The notes under the pieces are model-generated. The model saw nothing but the letters and a program-made list of their open reading frames with translations, was not told the origin of the DNA and made no database searches. The translations under genes and the position numbers were made by a program. From positions 32,759 to 96,758 of the forward strand of contig JAQUPL010000006.1 in the NCBI GenBank assembly GCA_028716565.1: a stretch of DNA of 64,000 nt. Direction: 5' to 3'. This stretch comes from Candidatus Omnitrophota bacterium (GTDB lineage: Bacteria > Omnitrophota > Gorgyraeia > Pluralincolimonadales > Pluralincolimonadaceae). How positions within the stretch are numbered: the first letter of the stretch is position 1; every line of letters begins with the position of its first letter. This document shows, piece after piece, positions 61,326 through 64,000 of the stretch.

Positions 61326-62888
61326 ATGGTTGATGAGAAGCATGAAGAAATGTCCAAGATCTACGAGGACAGTTTTAAAGACATAAAGGAAGGCGATATC
61401 GTAAAAGGCAGGGTGATCGGCATCACGGCGAAGGATCTTGTCATCGATATCGGTTACAAGTCCGAAGGCGTTATCTCGTTCGAGGAGTTCAACGACCCGA
61501 AATCGATAAAGGTCGGGGACGAGCTGGATGTCCTCATCGAGGCGAAGGAGAATGACGAGGGCATGGTCGTCCTTTCGAAGAGGAAGGCCGAGCGCATGCA
61601 GGTCTGGGAGAAGATAATCGCCGAGCGCAAGGAAGGCGATATGGTCCCTGGCCGCGTCACCAAGAAGGTAAAAGGCGGACTCACGGTCGATATCGGAGTA
61701 GAGGCGTTCCTGCCGGCGAGCCAGGTCTTTTTAAAGGGCTTCGGCAACTTGAACCAGCTTTTAGGCCAGGTCCTTAATTTTGTCATAGTAAAGATCAACA
61801 AGCCCAGGAAGAACATCGTCGTTTCCCGTAAAGACGCCATAATCAGGGAAAGGGACGTAGCCAAAGGCAAGATGATGGAAGAGCTCAAACCGGGACAATT
61901 GATCCCCGGCGTCGTGAAGAACATCACCGACTTCGGCGCGTTCATCAATATAGCTCCCGGTGTCGACGGGCTATTGCATATCACCGACATGTCATGGGGA
62001 AGGATATCCCATCCTAGCGAGTTGGTCGCTGTCGGCGACAAGATAGAGGTTGTGCTCCTGTCGCTCGATAAGACGACCGGCAAGCTTTCTCTCGGCCTCA
62101 AGCAGAAGACGCCGAACCCATGGGAACAAGTCGTCACCAAGTATCCCGTGGGAAGCAGGGTCAAGGGCAAAGTGGTAAACCTCGTCCCTTACGGCGCGTT
62201 CGTCGAGCTCGAGAAAGGCATCGAAGGACTCGTCCATATTTCCGAATTCTCGTGGACCAAGAGGATAGGACATCCTTCCGAAGTCCTCGCTATCGGGGAT
62301 ATGATAGAGGCGGTAGTCCTCAATATAGATAAGGACAGCCAGAAGATCGCGCTCGGCATCAAACAGACCGAGATGAATCCCTGGACCGAGGTCGCCGGAA
62401 AGTATCCCGTCGGCACGCAGGTCAAGGGCAAGGTCCGCTCGTTCATCGATTACGGCGCGTTCATAGAACTGGAAGAGGGGATAGACGGGCTGCTCCATAA
62501 TACCGATATCTCCTGGACCAGGAAGATCAACCATCCTTCGGAAGTATTGAAGAAGGGACAGAAGATAGACGCGGTGGTCATGTCTGTCGACGCCGAGAAC
62601 AGGAAACTGGCGCTAGGTATGAAACAGTTGGTGCCGGACCCTTGGCCGGAATTCGTCGCGAAGTTCCAACCCGGCACTGTCGCCGAAGGGACGATAACGA
62701 AGATAACGAACTTCGGGCTTTTTGTCGAACTCTCTCCGGACCTCGAGGGCCTTGCCCATATATCCGAGCTCCCGGTCGAGGCGACAGGCAAGCTTGAAGA
62801 GTCATATAAAGTCGGCGACAAGGTGACCGTCAAGGTCCTGCGCGTCGATGATGCCGAAAGAAGGATCGCTTTAAGCCTGAAGGCCTAA
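61326..62888 (+). CDS. rpsA: 30S ribosomal protein S1 (six S1 domains)
   Basis: Six repeated S1 units are readable ('G.V.G.V..I..FGAF..L'). 520 aa. Follows cmk-plsC. Confidence 0.9.
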   Translation: MVDEKHEEMSKIYEDSFKDIKEGDIVKGRVIGITAKDLVIDIGYKSEGVISFEEFNDPKSIKVGDELDVLIEAKENDEGMVVLSKRKAERMQVWEKIIAERKEGDMVPGRVTKKVKGGLTVDIGVEAFLPASQVFLKGFGNLNQLLGQVLNFVIVKINKPRKNIVVSRKDAIIRERDVAKGKMMEELKPGQLIPGVVKNITDFGAFINIAPGVDGLLHITDMSWGRISHPSELVAVGDKIEVVLLSLDKTTGKLSLGLKQKTPNPWEQVVTKYPVGSRVKGKVVNLVPYGAFVELEKGIEGLVHISEFSWTKRIGHPSEVLAIGDMIEAVVLNIDKDSQKIALGIKQTEMNPWTEVAGKYPVGTQVKGKVRSFIDYGAFIELEEGIDGLLHNTDISWTRKINHPSEVLKKGQKIDAVVMSVDAENRKLALGMKQLVPDPWPEFVAKFQPGTVAEGTITKITNFGLFVELSPDLEGLAHISELPVEATGKLEESYKVGDKVTVKVLRVDDAERRIALSLKA

Positions 62889-62889
62889 A

Positions 62890-64000
62890 ATGGACACAGT
62901 AAAACAGCTTGAGATAATTAAGCGCGGCGCGGTAGAGATAATAAACGAATCCGCCTTGGCCGGTAAGCTGAAAAAGAAGAAACAGCTTGTCATCAAGGCG
63001 GGGTTCGACCCGACTGCGCCGGACATCCACCTCGGCCATACCGTCTTATTAAGGAAGCTGAGGCATTTCCAGGACCTCGGCCACAAGGTCATCTTCCTTA
63101 TAGGGGATGCGACCGCCCTGGTCGGAGACCCATCGGGCCAAAACCAGGCGAGGAAGGTCCTCACCAGGGAAGAGATAGAGAAGAACGCCAAGACCTACGA
63201 GAAGCAGGTCAGCAAGATACTCAAGACCGGCGATAAGGAACTCTTCGAGCGCATGCATAACAGCTCGTGGTTCGCGAAGTTCGGTTTTGAGCACCTCGTC
63301 CAGCTCGCCCAGCGCTATACGGTGGCGCGCCTGCTTGAAAGGGATGATTTCCAGAAGAGGCTGAAAGAGGGCAAGCCTATAAGCTTTCTCGAGCTCTTTT
63401 ACCCCCTGATGCAGGGATACGATTCGGTCATTCTTGACGCGGATATCGAGATCGGCGGCACCGACCAGAAGTTCAATATGCTCGTCGGCCGCGACCTTCA
63501 GGAGGCCTACGGCAAGGAGCCGCAGGTCGTCATCACGATGCCGCTTTTGGTCGGGACCGACGGCGTCCAGAAGATGTCCAAGTCCTACGGTAATTATATC
63601 GGCATAAACGAGACCGCTAAAGAGATCTTCGGGAAAGTGATGTCGGTCTCGGATGAGCTGATGTTCGGCTATTATGAGCTGTTGACCGATGAGGATATGC
63701 AGAAGGTCAAAGCTATGCATCCGATGGATGCGAAGAAGAACCTGGCGTATCTTATCGTAAAAGATTACCATGGTGAAGAAGCCGCGGCGGCGGAGAAGAA
63801 AAGCTTTGAGGATGTTTTCCAGAAAAGGAAGGACCCGGCCGACGCTCCGGTAAAAAAACTTTCCGGCGGGCCGCTTAGCCTGAACCAGGTTTTTGACGGC
63901 GCGAGGGAAGAGTTCAAGGCCATGGGCATAGACTCCCGCAGCAAGCTGCTCTCTTTATTGGGGCAGGGGGCCATAAAGCTCGACGGGGAGAAGGTAAGCG
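62890..64000 (+). CDS. tyrS: Tyrosyl-tRNA synthetase, 5' portion (open to window end)
   Basis: Hand-translated from the ATG at 62890. 'PTAPDIHLGH' is the HIGH motif and 'KMSKSYGN' the KMSKS motif. No stop before 64000, so it is absent from the ORF track. Confidence 0.85.
   Translation, partial: MDTVKQLEIIKRGAVEIINESALAGKLKKKKQLVIKAGFDPTAPDIHLGHTVLLRKLRHFQDLGHKVIFLIGDATALVGDPSGQNQARKVLTREEIEKNAKTYEKQVSKILKTGDKELFERMHNSSWFAKFGFEHLVQLAQRYTVARLLERDDFQKRLKEGKPISFLELFYPLMQGYDSVILDADIEIGGTDQKFNMLVGRDLQEAYGKEPQVVITMPLLVGTDGVQKMSKSYGNYIGINETAKEIFGKVMSVSDELMFGYYELLTDEDMQKVKAMHPMDAKKNLAYLIVKDYHGEEAAAAEKKSFEDVFQKRKDPADAPVKKLSGGPLSLNQVFDGAREEFKAMGIDSRSKLLSLLGQGAIKLDGEKVS

Overview
The window is a 64 kb, GC-rich chromosomal segment from a Gram-negative bacterium (LPS-type envelope), likely an uncultivated lineage. 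Every convincing gene (63 CDS) is on the + strand; all long minus-strand ORFs are compositional shadow ORFs.

Gene content, 5'->3':
- LPS inner-core and KDO genes: a GT9 heptosyltransferase (3' fragment), hldD, an hldE-type kinase, kdsB, pyrG, kdsA, kdsD, kdsC.
- A ~7 kb type II secretion / type IV pilus-like operon: gspE, gspF, gspG, three minor pseudopilins, a PilM-PilN fusion (GspL-like), a PilO/GspM-like protein and a PilP/GspC-like protein. There is no secretin and no prepilin peptidase in the window.
- lpxL, an lptC/A-like lipoprotein and lptB, followed directly by hpf (no rpoN), then tig, clpP (no clpX) and lon.
- Serine and purine genes (class V aminotransferase, serA, purA), an H+-PPase, a DUF47/Pit phosphate pair, an envelope trio, and a DUF4912 + GH57 pair.
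- The conserved uppS-cdsA-dxr-rseP-ispG-proS block.
- A ~4.8 kb compositionally mosaic accessory stretch: an AT-rich trypsin-like serine protease, an HNH endonuclease, AT-rich and other small membrane proteins, a TPR protein and an alpha/beta hydrolase. Part of it (1.7 kb) is bracketed by a 43-bp direct repeat.
- A 1276-aa secreted TPR-DUF3857-transglutaminase-like protein.
- rimP-nusA-infB, trpS, scpA/B, an aromatic amino-acid block (pheA, hisC-like, aroF, tyrA), cmk, plsC, rpsA and the 5' part of tyrS.

No rRNA, tRNA, CRISPR array or transposase was recognised. The two most interesting regions are the secretin-less T2SS-like operon embedded in the kds-lpt synteny, and the repeat-flanked, AT-rich protease/HNH island after proS. 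All identifications rest on reading the translated ORFs and motifs by eye; no database search was possible.
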